NCBI GenBank assembly: GCA_964187785.1 | Contig: OZ076409.1 | Coordinates: 35,404,001 to 35,468,000 of the forward strand | Source: Amphiscolops sp. MND2022 | Taxonomy: Eukaryota | Direction of reading: 5' to 3' | DNA length: 64,000 nt | Program-made: the position numbers and the translations under genes | Notes under the pieces: generated by a model | Told to the model about the DNA's origin: nothing | The model's database searches: none | Seen by the model: only the letters and a program-made list of their open reading frames with translations | Shown here: positions 63,901 to 64,000 of the stretch, one piece after another | How the letters are laid out: every line of letters starts with the position of its first letter | Position numbering within the stretch: position 1 is the first letter of the stretch

Positions 63901-64000
63901 CTCTGTTGCTCCTCATCTATCGTAGAGACATTTCTTCGTCCGCCTGATTGATCCTCCGCTACCGCTGGGTTAACAGAATCTTCCCTGAATGCTACCTCTG
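57949..64000 (-). mobile_element. BEL/Pao LTR retrotransposon gag-pol, disrupted, running off the window
   Basis: Gag LPKFDG..W..F, LSKIDKFTYLK, CCHC knuckles; protease region ILLDKCSQQSYI; RT YTPHHAILREDKATTKLRVV, ADIEKAFLQV, FYGDD; RNase H FSDAS, TIPRMEL, WSDS, NPAD; integrase H..H..C..C, GIDFAGP, SDNG, WWGGFWER. Frame breaks near 62950, 61385, 60950, 60764 and 58210. Confidence 0.97.
63100..63260. repeat. (TTC/GAA)n microsatellite encoding a poly-E/D tract in the BEL/Pao gag region
   Basis: Long tcttct run; the minus strand reads EEEDEEEDEEEEDEEEEYEEEE. Confidence 0.9.

Overview
AT-rich, intron-containing eukaryotic DNA, most likely animal, judged from GT-AG introns, a BEL/Pao element, hAT/CMC/Tc1-type elements and BEN domains. 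The window is dominated by nested transposons and repeats. One host-type gene is visible: an ABCG/White-family half transporter (6.6-10.6 kb, +) with a degenerate signature motif, a duplicated stop-containing exon and a suspect splice donor. The most striking locus is 37.8-42.8 kb (+). There, five phase-compatible exons join two tandem SUV4-20/KMT5-like SET domains to a CMC/EnSpm (CACTA-type) DDE transposase; this copy is decayed. Two spliced BEN-domain genes lie 6-9 kb upstream on the same strand. Also present: a ~1,200-aa spliced, minus-strand gene resembling an inactivated hAT transposase, directly behind a Gypsy-like pol 3' end; a decayed BEL/Pao retrotransposon (57.7 kb to window end); a LINE fossil; an 88-bp satellite associated with a ~200-nt structured module; many MITEs with readable TSDs; a 1.65-kb tandem duplication; and several long palindromes. 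All family assignments come from motif recognition by eye; no database search was run.
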